Assembly: GCA_964016885.1 (NCBI GenBank)
Contig: OZ024740.1
Coordinates: forward strand, 277,202,001 to 277,266,000
Reading direction: 5' to 3'
Length of the DNA: 64,000 bases
Origin: Eledone cirrhosa
Taxonomy: Eukaryota
Part shown: positions 24,304 through 38,177 of the stretch, piece after piece
How positions within the stretch are numbered: position 1 is the first letter of the stretch
How the letters are laid out: each line of letters starts with the position of its first letter
Translations under genes and position numbers: made by a program
The notes under the pieces: model-generated
The model's input: the letters and a program-made list of their open reading frames with translations, nothing else
What the model was told of the DNA's origin: nothing
Database searches by the model: none

Positions 24304-27300
24304 GTCGACCTACGTAGGAAATCGTATCATCGTGAGCTCCGCAAAGGTTTGTCGTTTTCAGTTGTTGCAAATTGCCATTTATGGAAAATTTTTGTTGTTA
24401 GTGTTTATAAGGTCACAAAATTTGCTTTCGGAAAAGGACACTCAAAAAGATTGGGGCCTTGAGCCCAAAATTTAAACTTTTATAATTCTCAAAAAAATAT
24501 TTCTTTGAAAAAATCACGGACAACTCACAGCTACACCAAGCAGCTGAGAGCCTTCCTCACAAACTAACACCTCACACCAACACCACCATTGTAAATATTA
24601 CTACGTTTGCCAACACTAAAAATATAAGCAGTAGCAATAATTTAAATTTGTCTCATGCAGACATTCATTTCCCGCCATTACCAATGACTGCATGTGTTGA
24701 AGCCGCCACCCCCACCACCACCACAGCGACAACAGAAACAAAAGAAAAAATTAATTATTTCGTGACATTGAAATGGATTCACCCAGAATCGACTCTTCCA
24801 CACCGAACACCATTGACGCCACCACCACCACAACTAAAACTAAAAGTAACAATAACAAAAAAAACAATAACAACAACAGCAACAACAACAATGAGAATAA
24901 CAACAAAAACATCAACACCACCGTGTCGTTTGCCAAGGCAGCCAAAAAATGCGAAGCAATCCAGGTAACTCAGGAGGAATTAGATGAAACCAAGAGAATG
25001 GTAAAGAAAGATGGGTACAGGGTCAGGCCCTTCCCCCACACCTAATAAAATGGAGCATCGGCGCCTATGCACCGTGTCTTATCGGACGATTAACATAAAA
25101 TCGCGCCGAGTGGAACGGGCTTCGGAGTCCCAAATCCAAAAAGCTTTGGGACATGTGTGGGCGAAAAAAAAACCACATCAGACATGGGCAGAAATATGGA
25201 ACCGTGGACGTGTTTTTTGGAACACCACAGGAGGCCAGAGAGCACTCCATGGCCCTATTAAGAAGCGATGACTTCACACTCGTTCCAAGCTATTGTGGCC
25301 AGAGACTCGTGAAGATCAGGGTGACCCACGTTCCACCGGCCATCAAAATTCCCTGGCTAGTGGCTGCCGTCCTCGCCGGCATCGAGGCCAACACCAAGAT
25401 AATCGAAATAGCAAAAGAAAAGCAGGAGAACTGGTCCGGATCTGGGATGGAGCTCCTGATCCAAGCGGACCAAAACAGCATTGAAGAGATCCCAGAGGAA
25501 ATAGACCTCACTGACGGTAGCCACCTCACCGTAATCGGCGAGGGTAGAAGGCCTAGGTGTGTCGTTTGTGGTGAAGGAACCCACCTAAGGGCTTTCTGCT
25601 CTCAGGCTAAAAAGGTTGAGGCCACCTCTCTTACCCATCCCAGTGACTCAACCATCAACACCACCAGCAGCATAATTGGCAGCAACAACTGTAGCAGCAA
25701 CAACACCATCAACAGTAGCAAAACCAACACCACCACCACCCAACGCGCCAGAACTAGGACCAGCGCCTACACCATCCACCACGCCACAACCAAAACCAAC
25801 GCCTGTGGATTTTCCACTCCCCGACCTATCGCAACTGGAGACAGATTGTGACGACGAGGAGTGGGAAACGGTATCAGGAAAAAAGAAAAAAAGAAAAAGA
25901 AGCCAAAAAAGAAAAACTCCTCTTCCTTCCCCCTCCAAAAACAAAATACAGAGGGAAACAAATAAACTATCAAACAAAAAAGTTAGGACAGATATGCCAC
26001 CATCCACACCAGCATCACCAACCCCATCACCGCAAACACCAACACCATCACCATCATTAACCCCAACACCACCATCACCAACACGACAAAAGTCACCAAA
26101 AAGCGAAACAGAAACAAACCCACAACAAACGCAAACAAAACAAAACAACCAAAACGATACACACTACACAGCATTAAATTATTACACTACATCCAACACA
26201 ACACCAGCATCACAAAAAGACTACACAACACCCCAAAAGTTCATACCACCTCCACACATACAAATAACTCGCAACACACAGAACACGTACAAGACACTAA
26301 AACAAAAATTCCACAAAGACATCGGAGACTTCCGACAAGCACTCTCCAGGAGGTTTTATAAGGACATCCTCCCGGAGGAGGCCACAAGCAGCGAAGAGGA
26401 TGGCGAAACCATCCTTCCTCTAGGAGAAGTAGGGTAAGTGGTCTTTCCCATCTTTTCCACTCCATTTCAACATGACCTCACTCAGAATAGGCAGCATAAA
26501 TGCGCGTGGCTTGGGGTCGTCATGGAAGCAGGGCCACCTGCTCAACGACCTCAGGTCACTAAACATAGATGTAGTGGCCATCAGCGACACCAGAATCTCC
26601 GAAGCACGGGCCTTCGCACCGATCTTCGGCGGCTACGATCTGTAGGCATCTCCCAGCCGCCCTGGATCGGGGGGAGGAGTTGCTGTGCTTTTTCCGAGAG
26701 GTTTGGATCTCGCCATACGGGCCAACTTCCTGGACCCAGAGGGTAAGTTGGTGGTGCTGGACGTGACCAGCGGAGACGGGCAAGCTTTCAGGCTAGTGGC
26801 CGTCTATGCCTCGACAGGAACAGGGCGGCCTGATTTCTTCCGGCGTCTGGAGACCTTTCTAGGAACGTCCCGCTCTTTAGTGTTAGTGGGCGACTGGACG
26901 GGATCTTAGATGCACGCTGGCACTGTTTGGGATTAGCGGATAGGGGAGGAGGGTAAAAGTGCCTCACCAACCTGCTCAGGCGTCTTGAACTGTCTTACAG
27001 GTACCGATTGGATTTCCCGAATGTGCCAATGTGGACTTGGACAAACCGCATCGCGTCATCCAGATCGTATCTAGATAGAGTATTTTGTAGGGAAATAGAT
27101 AGGTCTAGCATAGGCTGTCCACAATTCAAGATGGTCAGCTACACGGACCACATATTCGTAATGTGGATGCTTGACTTAGATAGGCTTCATAGACGAGGAC
27201 CCGGCTACTGGAAGCTAAACGCGTCCTTACCAGCGCGCAAGGCCTACAGAGACCGGATAAGCGAACTAGTTAAGCGGGCGTTGACGGAGGCCATCGTCAA

Positions 27301-30070
27301 CAACAATTAGTGGTTTGCTCTGAAAAGAGCGATTAGAATAGAGTCCATTAGGTTTAGTAAGGTTTTAGCTATAGAGAAAAATAGAGCAGAGGGAGAACTA
27401 TTTAGAAAATTAGACGAGGCGCTTAGCAAAGGCATCGCGACCGACGTACTTGCGGCGAATTTAGCCCTTGACCAATTCTTCAATGCAAAGCACGAAGGCT
27501 GCGTTGTCAGAGCTAGGGTGCGTGCTTTCAGACACGCGGAGACGAAAGTCGTTCAATGAGCCCGAGGGGCGTAGGCGCGTCGTGGCAACAAGCCACGATC
27601 CGGTCTTTGGTGGACCACAACGGGCGCATACTACTCGATCCTGGGCAAATGTGTGAAGCTTTTCAGCGACACTTCGCTCAGCTGTTCGGGTGCAGCGGCG
27701 GGCCGAGTAGAGGGATGGACTTTAGTGTCTACCTCGACGGACTGCCGCGGCTTTCGGCCACTGAGGCGGAGTGTTGCGAAAAGCCAATAACAGCAGCTGA
27801 AGTATGGGAGGCAATGACTGGCTGCACAAGGGGTAAATCGCCTGGGTTGCCCTATGAACTTTACGTACAGATGCCAGATTTGTTCGGAGTCCTCTTGGCG
27901 GACGTCTACTGCAACTGGCAACAGAACGGGAGAATTCCCAGCTCTGTGAGCCGAGAAGCGGTGGCGCTGCTTAGAAAGGATCCGAACAAGGGTGATAACA
28001 TAGATAATTTCAGTCCCATAACTCTGCTAAACACAGAGTTCAAGATTTTGGCCAAGGTGCTAGAAAAGAGGTTGGCGCTTGTCGTTGGTGGTCTTGTGGG
28101 AGAAGCGCAGACATGGCACGGGTGGGTCCTTGATCAATTTAGATCAGTCGAAAGCTTTCGATAGGGTCGACCATCGTTACCTAGCGGCAGTCCTGAGGGC
28201 GTCTGACTTTGGGCCCGTCTTCAGAGGCTGGATCGCTGCCATGCACAGCGACATCTGCTCTGTGGTGAGAGTGAACGGTCACCTTTCGGAACCGTTCAAT
28301 ATCATGCGCTCGGTCCGCCAAGGATGTCCCCTCTCGTCCCTCTTGTACGTATTGACTCTCGAGCCATTACTGCATAAACTGGAGACGTTGAGGGGGATCC
28401 CGCGCGAACTAGGATGCGGAAGATCCGTGTCAACAATGCGGACGATGTCACCGTAGTGGTGTCGAACGCCAAACACATCGAGGCGATCGGCACTACACTA
28501 AGAGAATACGAAGTGGTGACAAGAGCAATGATCAACCACGAAAAGTCAGTGGGCCTGCAGCTCGGCACATGAAGAGGCAGGTCTATGCCGTCCAACAGCA
28601 TCCAACAGGTCGGGCGCTGGACGGACGGACCGGTTAAATTGCTAGGGGTCTAGTTCAATCCGGACCTCCAGACGGACAAAAACTGGGACGAGGTGACGAG
28701 CAGGGTGGCTTCTCTCACCCAGAAATGGGCGGAGAGGAAGCTATCCCTGACAGGTCGAGCGGAGGTGGCTAACGCGTACATCCCGTCCGTCATCTAGTAC
28801 CGCCTGACCGTCGTACCTTGTCCTAAGCCACGCCTGACTGCGCTGGAGCGTTTGCTGTTTCACCTTTTGTGGAAAGGACGTGCTCCGAGTGTCAGGCGGT
28901 CCATCTGCTGTCAACACCCGCTACGTGGAAGGCAAGGCATGTCGTGTCTGATGATGCACAGACACGCGCTCAAGCTACGACATCTCCACCTCTTCCTCGA
29001 CGGTGATCATATGTGGTCGCCGTTTGCTAGACGCGTCTTTCCCCAGCTCGTCTTGACGGAGCTGCATCCTGGGTCAAGCGAAGACCGAGAGGGAGCGCCT
29101 GGAGACTGGAATGTCTTCAGGCGCTCACAGCCCTCAACCAATCGGGCAATGTGATCGGTGAAAATTCCGCATTGGCGTTCTATAGAGGATTAGTGGAGGG
29201 GAAGAGCGACGACGTACTTGGGGAAACTCTAGGCGTCGATGAAAATAATCTAACCAATCTCTTCGGAAGAACTTTCTGGCCGGGGCCTATGGACAACTTC
29301 CAGAAATCCCTGGCCTGGCAATGCTACCGAGGAGCTTTGCCAGTTCGGAATAAACTCTACAGGCATGGAGGTGCCGTCAGCTGGGCATTTCCGAGATGCG
29401 CGCAGGGCGACGAAACCGTCGTGCACGCACTCGTCCAGTGTCCGAGCATTGCTGACTTGTGGGTTTATGTCGAACATCTGCTGTCGCGTGTAGGACGGAT
29501 CCAGCTATCAGCTGAGTCTATCGTGAGGATTGCCCGGCCCTCTTTCTTTAGCCGGGAAGGGCAGGCAGTTTTTATCTGTCTGGTGGCCATGGTGAAAGAG
29601 ATAGTATGATGAACACGTTTGAAAGGGCTGAACACGAGCACTTACCTCTTCGATGATGTCCTGGTTAACTTTTTCAAATTTCATTTAAAAGGAAAGTCAG
29701 GGTAGAGAGGGAAGTGCTCTCTTCCCAGTATTTTGTTGAAAGATGGGTGAGAGAGGCAAGAATGGCCCGAGTGAATGGGTCTACTCTGAGTATGTGTCTG
29801 TAAATTAAAGGTGGAAAACTGGGAGAGGGCACTTGCCCTGGTGGTCAGGGTCACTGTGGATTTTTAATGGGCTTTCTCCACGAATCTCCCTAGGAAGTCC
29901 CCCCCCCTCCCCGTATTGGGGAATTTTTCATTGTTACATCATCTGTTTTTTTGTTACATCCTCTGTTTTTGTTTTTTACACGCAGAAATGCCCATTTGTA
30001 CCATCCTGTATTGTCCTGTACTGTCCTTAATGTCTACTTTATGTAAACCCTTGTAGTTAATAAAGAAAGC
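24304..30070 (+). pseudogene. Full-length but degenerate Tx1-like LINE (T1) in (TTA)n
   Basis: ORF1 pieces 24773-26437 (N-rich, SFAKAAK, CVVCGEGTHLRAFC knuckle); ORF2 ~26472-29803 APE+RT with many stops and frameshifts; taataaagaaagc(ATT)n end. Confidence 0.9.
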
Positions 30071-30120
30071 ATTATTATTATTATTATTATTATTATTATC
30101 ATTATTATTATTATTATTAT

Positions 30121-30217
30121 GAGGTTAACTTTGCCTTTCATCCCTATGGGTTCGATAAAATACTGCACCAGTAATGCACTGTGATAATTGCAGGCCTTGT
30201 GCAAAATGTAGAAACAA
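30121..30217 (+). mobile_element. 5'-truncated SINE copy
   Basis: gaggttaactttgcctttcatcc...gtagaaacaatta. Confidence 0.8.
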
Positions 30218-30243
30218 TTATTATTATTATTACTATTATTATT

Positions 30244-30528
30244 CCGAGTGAACGGACCCGCTCTGAGTATGCGCCTGTAGACTGAGGAGTGGGAAAACTG
30301 AGAGAGGGTCTTGCCCTGGTGGTCAGGGTGGCCGTGGTCTTTTGTGTGGTTTTCGCCACGAGTGACCCCTATTGGGGAATTTTTTGTTGTTTGATTTTTT
30401 TTTCTTAATATTTCTATCTTGTTATAACCTTTTTACACGGCCAAAACCCACTTTGTATCGTCCTGTACCGTTCTGTGCCGTCTCTAATGTTTATCTTCAT
30501 GTTAGCACTTGTGGCCAATAAAGAAACC
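30244..30528 (+). mobile_element. Tx1-like extreme 3' fragment
   Basis: Last ORF2 codons (RVNGPALSMRL*), cccctattgggg hairpin, cttgtggccaataaagaaacc(ATT)n. Confidence 0.82.
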
Positions 30529-30560
30529 ATTATTACTATTATTATTATTATTATTATTAT

Positions 30561-30750
30561 AGGGCGGTGAATTGGCAGTATCGGTAGAGGGTTGGACGCC
30601 ATGCTTTGACGCATAGAGTTACGGCCCTTGCCATTCTGAGTTCAAATCCCGCCGAGGTTAACTTTGCCTTTCATCCTTATGGGGTCGATAAAATAAAGTA
30701 CCAGTAATGTACTGGATAATTGGTGGCCTTGTGCCAAAAGTAGAAACAAT
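30561..30750 (+). mobile_element. SINE copy, full length
   Basis: Matches the family consensus. Confidence 0.9.
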
Positions 30751-30769
30751 TATTATTATTATTATTATA

Positions 30770-33300
30770 GTTGCATTTATCTTGCTTTATGTTCATACGA
30801 GTTATCACCAAGTCACAACCAGTGACCTCAAGAGACAACAAGGTCCGCCATGTTCAAGAAAGAACATACATACTCACACATGCATCTTTAGTGCTTAGAC
30901 TTGTGATGTACTTATATTGACAGAATCTTCCTTAGTATATGGGCAGTTCCCATTAGTACTATCTTTTGTATTTCTCCTGTACACGGGTTTCCTGGGATTT
31001 GCGATAAGTAATCATTAGACCCCTTATGTATCATTCTCAGAGCGCCTACAACCACTGGTATTGTTTTAGTTCTCAATTTCCACATTTTTCAAATTTCTAT
31101 CTCCAGGTCCTTATACTTGCCCAATTTTTCAAATTTTTTTATAGATACATTCTTGTCTATTGGAACTGACATATCAATTAGCAGGCATACCCTCTTTTTA
31201 AAGTCCTTCAATATTATACCAGGTCTATTTGCATCTATTTTTCGGTCTGTTTGGATGCTAAAGTTCCACAAGATTGAGATGTGATCTTTTTCAAGTATGG
31301 GAGGTGGTTGATGCTCCCACCACTGTGTGGCAAACTATCGAATGCATTTTTATAATCTATCCAAGCAATCGATAGATTTTTGTGTCTATTATGACAATCT
31401 TCCAGTATCATTTTGTTAACCAGAAGCTGATCCTTACAGCCATATGAGCCTCTATTACGCCCTTTCTGCTCAATGGGAAATGGGTCATTTGTTATCAGAT
31501 GGTCATATGTGTATTCAGTTAGGACTGATGTTAACATTTTATACATTGTGGTCAAGCAAGTTATCGGTCTGTAATTTTTGGGATTGTTTGTCTCATCATT
31601 CTTCGGAAGCAGGAATGTAATGCCGTTAACTAGCCATGATGGTATCTTTTCTGGCTCATTGTAAAGTTGGGCTAACAGCTCATGAGACTCTGTGAAGGCA
31701 TTTATCCAAAAGTTTTGTATTTTGTGTTTTCCTGGGGATTTCCATTTGCTGGTTTTTCTTAGCGCCAAGCGAAACAGTTCAACTGTTATATTTTCCCATA
31801 TTTGTTCCTCAAGGTGAGCTGTATCTTTCATTTGTCTATCTATCCATGGGGCATGTATGTTATGAACTTTTTCTTCGGCCCAGATCTTTTCCCAGAATTC
31901 GTGCACTTCCTCCTTGGGTGGTATTGATTTAGCAGTTATTGTTGACTTACCAATTTTTCTGTAGAAGTTTCTTTGGTTGTTTTTGAACATATTATTGTCC
32001 TTATAGAATCTAGATCGTTTTTCAAAGCGCCTTATACGAGTAGCTTTGGCCGACACTTTTTGCTTGATTATTTCTATCAGCATGTCTATGTCACTTGTTG
32101 ATTTTATACTGTACTTTTTTTTCAATTTTCTAAGTTTAGTTTGTTTAACATGTTCACCTACTTTATAGTTTGTTAACATTTCTATGTCAGATCGGAGAAG
32201 GTTTATTTGGCGATTGATGTAGATTTCTTGTGGGAATTCCTTTGTTTTTTCATCTTCACTCCACATAAGTGAGTGGTGACTTTAGCCGATGCATAATAGA
32301 GATGATTTAAATCAGTAATGTTTAGTTTGTTTGTGATGATAATGTTTTTGAGAATTATGTTAGTCTTGTGTATTATCTTTTGGTTCTGTTTGGAGTTCTG
32401 GGTCTTAGGGAGGGTGTCTCGTTGCCCCATGTCAGATTCTTTCATTTTCATCCATTCGATCATAATTTCATCCTTCAAGTTGGCAAGTTCATTCTCATTC
32501 ATTTCTTTATCATTTACGATCTTATTATTTTCATTTGGAGTTTCATCTTGAGCATGCACTCCCTCCACTTTTTCGATCCTTTCTTTAATTTGTTCTGTTG
32601 CCAGTGATTTCGCCCCAACCCTGGGATTCGAAGTGTTACAATTTACCTCGTTTTCACTGACACATGTTTCATTTTCCCTTCGCTGACTTTGTGCTAATAT
32701 CTTGATCTGATCAATTTCTATATCAGTTAGTAACTTTTTTCTTACAATATTTCTTCGTATATTGGCTAGTTTGTTACTGTCAATATAGCCTCTGTTTTCG
32801 GGATGTTTCTTTTTCCAGTTGATATATGTCTGTTCTGTATTCGATGTATTTGATGGGTAGTACATGGCAGTGTAGAAAGCCTCAAGGACGTCTTTATTAT
32901 CTTCCCTTGACCATTTTTCTCTCTTTTTCTTTGGATTTCTTGGTGGTGAGCATGGAGGGCCAACAGTAGGAGTATTCCGGTTATGGGAGGTCTCCAGCTC
33001 CGAAGTGATGGTAAGGTTTGAGCCATTAGCTGATTATTCGACCCCAGTCTGGTTCCTCTCTGAGGGACGCGGCCCTTTTTGACCCGAGTGACGGCCGATC
33101 CGGTATGAGATTTTATCATTAGACATTTACTTTATTTTGTCGCGTTTTATCCTTATCCGCCAAGGGGTAATCATTTCGTGTTACCACTTCTAGAACGAGT
33201 GTCAACCAAGACTAGAGGGGTCGTTCTCCCCTAGAGACACGGCTATTCCCCGCCGGCCGCCATCCCGGTATTTCTTGGTCACGGGGTTTTCTTTTTGTTG
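30770..33300 (-). pseudogene. R4/Dong-like family D element with 5'UTR and a large internal deletion
   Basis: 3' end near-identical to 22260-22805; N-terminal ORFs 32766-33119, 32203-32865 and 31235-32266 (KSPG, NYRPITC, AFDSLPH); jumps to the RLE region at ~31322. Confidence 0.88.
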
Positions 33301-34281
33301 TTTTTTTTTAATTGTTATTATCATGAGTGGTTCCTTAATGTGAGCATTGCGTGACTTAAGAATGAAATTATTAATAATTGTCTCCACTCCAGGCCAGCAA
33401 TCACCCAGTGCATTACAATAATATAATATACTTTTTGCTGAAGTTGCCTGCTATTGTTGTTTGATATGTCGGTGGTGGTGCTGGGGCTTTTTATATTGTT
33501 AGTGAGGAAGGGGTGAGCCAGCAGTGCCATAGTTGTTGATGTTGACGTTTGGCCGGTGGCCAGGTCACTAAGTCAATCTATTTATATCTTTTGCTAGCCT
33601 CTTCCTTGTCTAGTGATACCGCCACCTTCCCCTTTCTCTCTCAAGTTAACAGGGGAATAGTGGTGGTAGCAATGAAGGAGTGGTGGCGGCGGTGATGGGA
33701 TAGTGGTAGCAATGATGGATAGAGTGATGGCGGCGGTGGCGTTGTCGTTACTGAGTTTTGTGATATGTAGTATCTATGAGTTTGTGTCGCGTATGTTTAA
33801 TATATATTGTGTTGACATATTCCCGTAAAATAAGAATTAAACATTTTGTTAACATTTGAGACAATAATAATAGTAATTATTATTATGATGCTGGGATTGG
33901 TGGTGGTGGTGGTGAAATTGCCGTTATCTGGCTGTTATATTTAGTGTGATGGGGTAGGTGGTGTATCAAGTTTCTGGTGTTGGTGAAATTGCTGTTATTT
34001 GGCTGTTCTATATAGTGTAGACAGAGGGTGTTTTCTTCCATTTATAACCATTTTCTTTTTTGAATACAAAATATATAATACAAAATTGAATATTTGAGCG
34101 ATATAACAATATAATATGGATCCGAAATTTTATGGGACTTGATTCGGTGGTTTATGCAACATTTGTACTAAGAATTGTTATTTCACAATTGATTTAAATA
34201 TGTTAAAAATCAAAAACTTACGGGAGCGATTTCATGACCTTCTACCACCACGTGCGTCTTCTTCCTTTATTCCTTATTATT

Positions 34282-34351
<70 letters not shown>

Positions 34352-34353
34352 TG

Positions 34354-34540
34354 GCCGGTGGATTGGCAGTATCGGTAGAGTGTCGGACACCATGCTTTGA
34401 TGCATAGAGTTACGGCCCTTGCCATTCTATGTTCAAATCTCGCCGAGGTTAACTTTGCCTTTCATCCTTACGGGGTCGATAAAATAAAGTACCAGTAATG
34501 TACTGGGTAATTGCTGGCCTTGTGGTTAATAAAGAAAACA
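34354..34540 (+). mobile_element. SINE copy with a Tx1-like 3' terminus
   Basis: SINE body ending ggccttgtggttaataaagaaaac(ATT). Confidence 0.85.
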
Positions 34541-34555
34541 TTATTATTGTTATAA

Positions 34556-34742
34556 GGTGGAGCATTGGCAGTATCGGTAGAGAGTCGGACGTCATGTTTT
34601 CCAGCATAGTTACGTCCCTTTACGGTCTGAGTTCAAATCCCGCCGAGGTTAACTTTGCCTTTCATTCTTACGGGGTCGATAAAATAAAAATACCAGTAAT
34701 GTACTGGGTAATTGCTGGCCTTGTGCCAAAGGTAGAAACAAT
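34556..34742 (+). mobile_element. SINE copy (tandem with the previous one)
   Basis: Matches the family consensus. Confidence 0.88.
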
Positions 34743-35414
34743 TATTATTATTGTTATTATTGAAATAGGAAAAGCTGTTTTCTTTAGTCTTCCGTTATTT
34801 CATAATTTCCCTCATATTTTTTTGATTACATTTTCGATTTGAATGTTGGCTACTCAGTACAAACTTTGAAAATCTACCATCGACCTCATCGTAATTCGTA
34901 TCATTCTCGTCACCTCCATCTTAATCGTTATAAAAATTGCCAATACCTCTATTAATTAATTATCATGATTGTAATGTATGTCTCAATCATCAATATTACT
35001 ATCATATTTTCTCCATCATCTTCTATATCATGCATCGTCACGGCCATATTAATCGCCATCTTTGCCAGCCATTATACTCGTTATAATCAGCATCATCTTC
35101 AACAATATCCTTCCTATTTTATTTGTTGTAGCTTCATGATTATTGCCAACGTCTCAGCCGAACTTTGTCATTTATCCTAGTCGTTATGGTCACCTTTTCA
35201 TAGCCATCTTAATCATCGTCCTCGACTTTGAAAAGGAAAGTGATATCGTCATTATAAATATGCTTGACGTAGGCTACATTGTTATATAGTGTTCAGTTCT
35301 TCCGCCATTGAAATATTTTAATAACGGAAGAATTATCTTTCTTTAATTAGATTTGTTGTCAATAGATTTCGAAAACAAAAATATATTTTAAAAATTGCTT
35401 GGTTTGGATAATTT

Positions 35415-35451
35415 GGTAATGATGATGATGACGTTGATTAAAATGATGATA

Positions 35452-35498
<47 letters not shown>

Positions 35499-35581
35499 GG
35501 TGGTGGTGGTGGTGGTGGTGGTGATGGTGGTGGTGGTGGTTGTGATGATGATGATGATGGTGGTGGCGGCGGTGGTGGTTG

Positions 35582-35612
<31 letters not shown>

Positions 35613-35626
35613 GGTCTTGATGATGG

Positions 35627-35662
<36 letters not shown>
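35415..35662. repeat. Compound (GAT)n/(GGT)n repeat
   Basis: Direct reading; explains the poly-H/M/V ORFs. Confidence 0.95.
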
Positions 35663-35665
<3 letters not shown>

Positions 35666-37332
35666 GCACTTGCCGCTACTGCTGTAAACAATGTTGTGAT
35701 ATACAAATAAAGTGGAGCATTGCTTGATGAAGCTTTAAGATATTGTAGAGTGATTTTGTTTTGTTTCTTTTTACATAATATGGGGTTGTTAAGTGTATTA
35801 TGTAGTAATTCAATATTGTACTCGAAATGGTTTTCGAAAAAATATCATGCATCATCGCATTGTAAGTATGTAGTAATGATCTGCTACATTCGTAGTTCAA
35901 ATATTTCATAAGATAGATTTTCGGCAGGATTGATAAAATAATATTTATTGCCAGTGGACATTGTATTGCCAAGAGAATAGATACACAAGATAAATGAACA
36001 AACAATCACCAAGTTAGGACTGTACTTAAAATGTATAACATTTAGCGCAACACACCACATACCACGTAACTGTTAGTGGGGATCATGTGTTGATTTAGTT
36101 CTCAGAGTTCAGAATCTACGCCGCAGTAACGTGGTAAGTTTCAATGAGAAAACTTCTACCTTCTTATTTAATCTGATAGAAATAATTGCTAAATTGCACG
36201 CAACTCACACCATGCTGTTTTAAAAAGGAAAGGACACATTAGATAACGTCCTGAAAGCTCTATGTTTGCATAAAAGATTAGATGACCAGAGAATGGCTCG
36301 ATCATGGGGCTAAACAACAACCATAATTGGTGTACTGGCCCACGGCCCTGGTGAACAGAATAGAGAAGACGTTCTCCGGAGAAATGAGAATTGTACTGGC
36401 CTGCTGAACAGAGTTTATCTCTTCACGGTGGTAAGCAACTCTCCATAAACTAATGTCATATAGAGGAAAAGGTTTCTTGTTCATCTGTTTAACATTACAA
36501 AACAAAACTAAAAATAAGAATCAGTTCAGTGAACGTGGATGTTCCTGAAAGGCTGAAGGGGTCGATTCTATTGACCATACTTTCCTACAAAAAATACCAA
36601 TTACTTTGTATCTCACGACAAAAATGTCTTATTTTGGCGGTATTGCACAGATGAGTTGTGTTTAAAATTATGGTGGTACAGACAGGCAGATTGAAACTGA
36701 ATTTCTGTTTTATTTCGTTCGTTGCAATCAGTTTAGATATTTCATCAATGCTCTTAAGAAAAACGTGCCCGTCACCAAATTTCATACATTTTACTCTTTC
36801 GTTTAAGTGAAGGTTGAATATTAGTGAGTGAAATATAAGTCGATTTACCAGGAATTGACGAGTATCGTATGGTGTTAAACAAATTGTGACAGGTCATCTC
36901 CCACCAGTATTTTCATAGGCTTCGTATAGGAAGAGGATAAGATTTTATTTGACATAGGTTTTGCCGATGGTATAGATTTAATGAGACGTGAATGCTTACA
37001 AATCATTTCGATTCTTTAGCATGTGGGACACAAATGTTATGTAGATAGTACCGCATTACAGTATTATAGTATTGCATTACAGGCAATTTATCCGAAACAT
37101 TTTACAATCTAATTCTCACTCGAAATAGAGGCAATATCAGTTTAAAATCCTGTACAAACTATGGAGAATTTGATTCCACAGCATATGATCCGAAAATCAG
37201 TCGTTAGAAGAGAATTGAGAGAGAATGCTGCCGAAACTAACTCAAGATTGATAAGTACTAATAGTAGAAACAATTATAACAAAAGAGAAATTATTATTAT
37301 TAAATAAATAAAGAAATTATTATTATAAAAGA

Positions 37333-37519
37333 GGGCGGTGGATTGGCAGTATCGGTAGAGGGTCGGACGCCATGTTTTGCAGCACAGTTACGTCCCTTTA
37401 CGGACTGAGTTCAAATCCCGCCGAGGTCAACTTTGCCTTTCATCCATATGGGGTCGATAAAATAAAGTACCAGTAATACAATGGTATAATTGCTGGCCTT
37501 GTGCCAAAAGTAGAAACAA
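37333..37519 (+). mobile_element. SINE copy with ~15-bp TSD
   Basis: attattataaaagag on both sides. Confidence 0.9.
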
Positions 37520-38103
37520 TTATTATAAAAGAGTAAAATACAAAATTTGGACTGATCCCAGTTAACAACTCTTTAAATACATCGCTATTAAACTTAAGTG
37601 AAATATGGATGTTATAACACGCCTATAACTGTTTGTGTAAAATTCAAGTTCCATACGTAAGAGACAAATGCTGTGACTAAGCTTATTACTATTGGTGTTT
37701 CTTATTATATTTATTCCATCTAATAAATAAAATATAGATAGATGAATAACTTACCGATAGAATAGATATCATTTCTTATATTCCTTTTTATATTCCTTCT
37801 TATTCCAGTCATTATGTTTCTTCTCTGAACGTTGTACTTAACAATTTCTAATGTGCATACTTGTTCCTAGAGATATCTCACATCTGAAACTTCCTTTCAA
37901 CCTACAGTTACATTCATTTCAATAAGCGGAACAAATTCAAATCAAATAACACCTACAAGAAATGTATACAAATATTCTCTGAACTGATTTAATCAAACAG
38001 AAACAAAAAATTCAACCTTTATTAGTTGTCCAAAGAACAAGACGAAGTTGCCCATACGAAAACCTTACAGGTGCACTTTAATATTTTTTATTATGCACAC
38101 GTT

Positions 38104-38172
<69 letters not shown>

Positions 38173-38177
<5 letters not shown>

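Noticed and set aside
36302-36450. GC-richer patch with a possible + strand donor
   Set aside because: Short, no recognisable domain, no acceptor support
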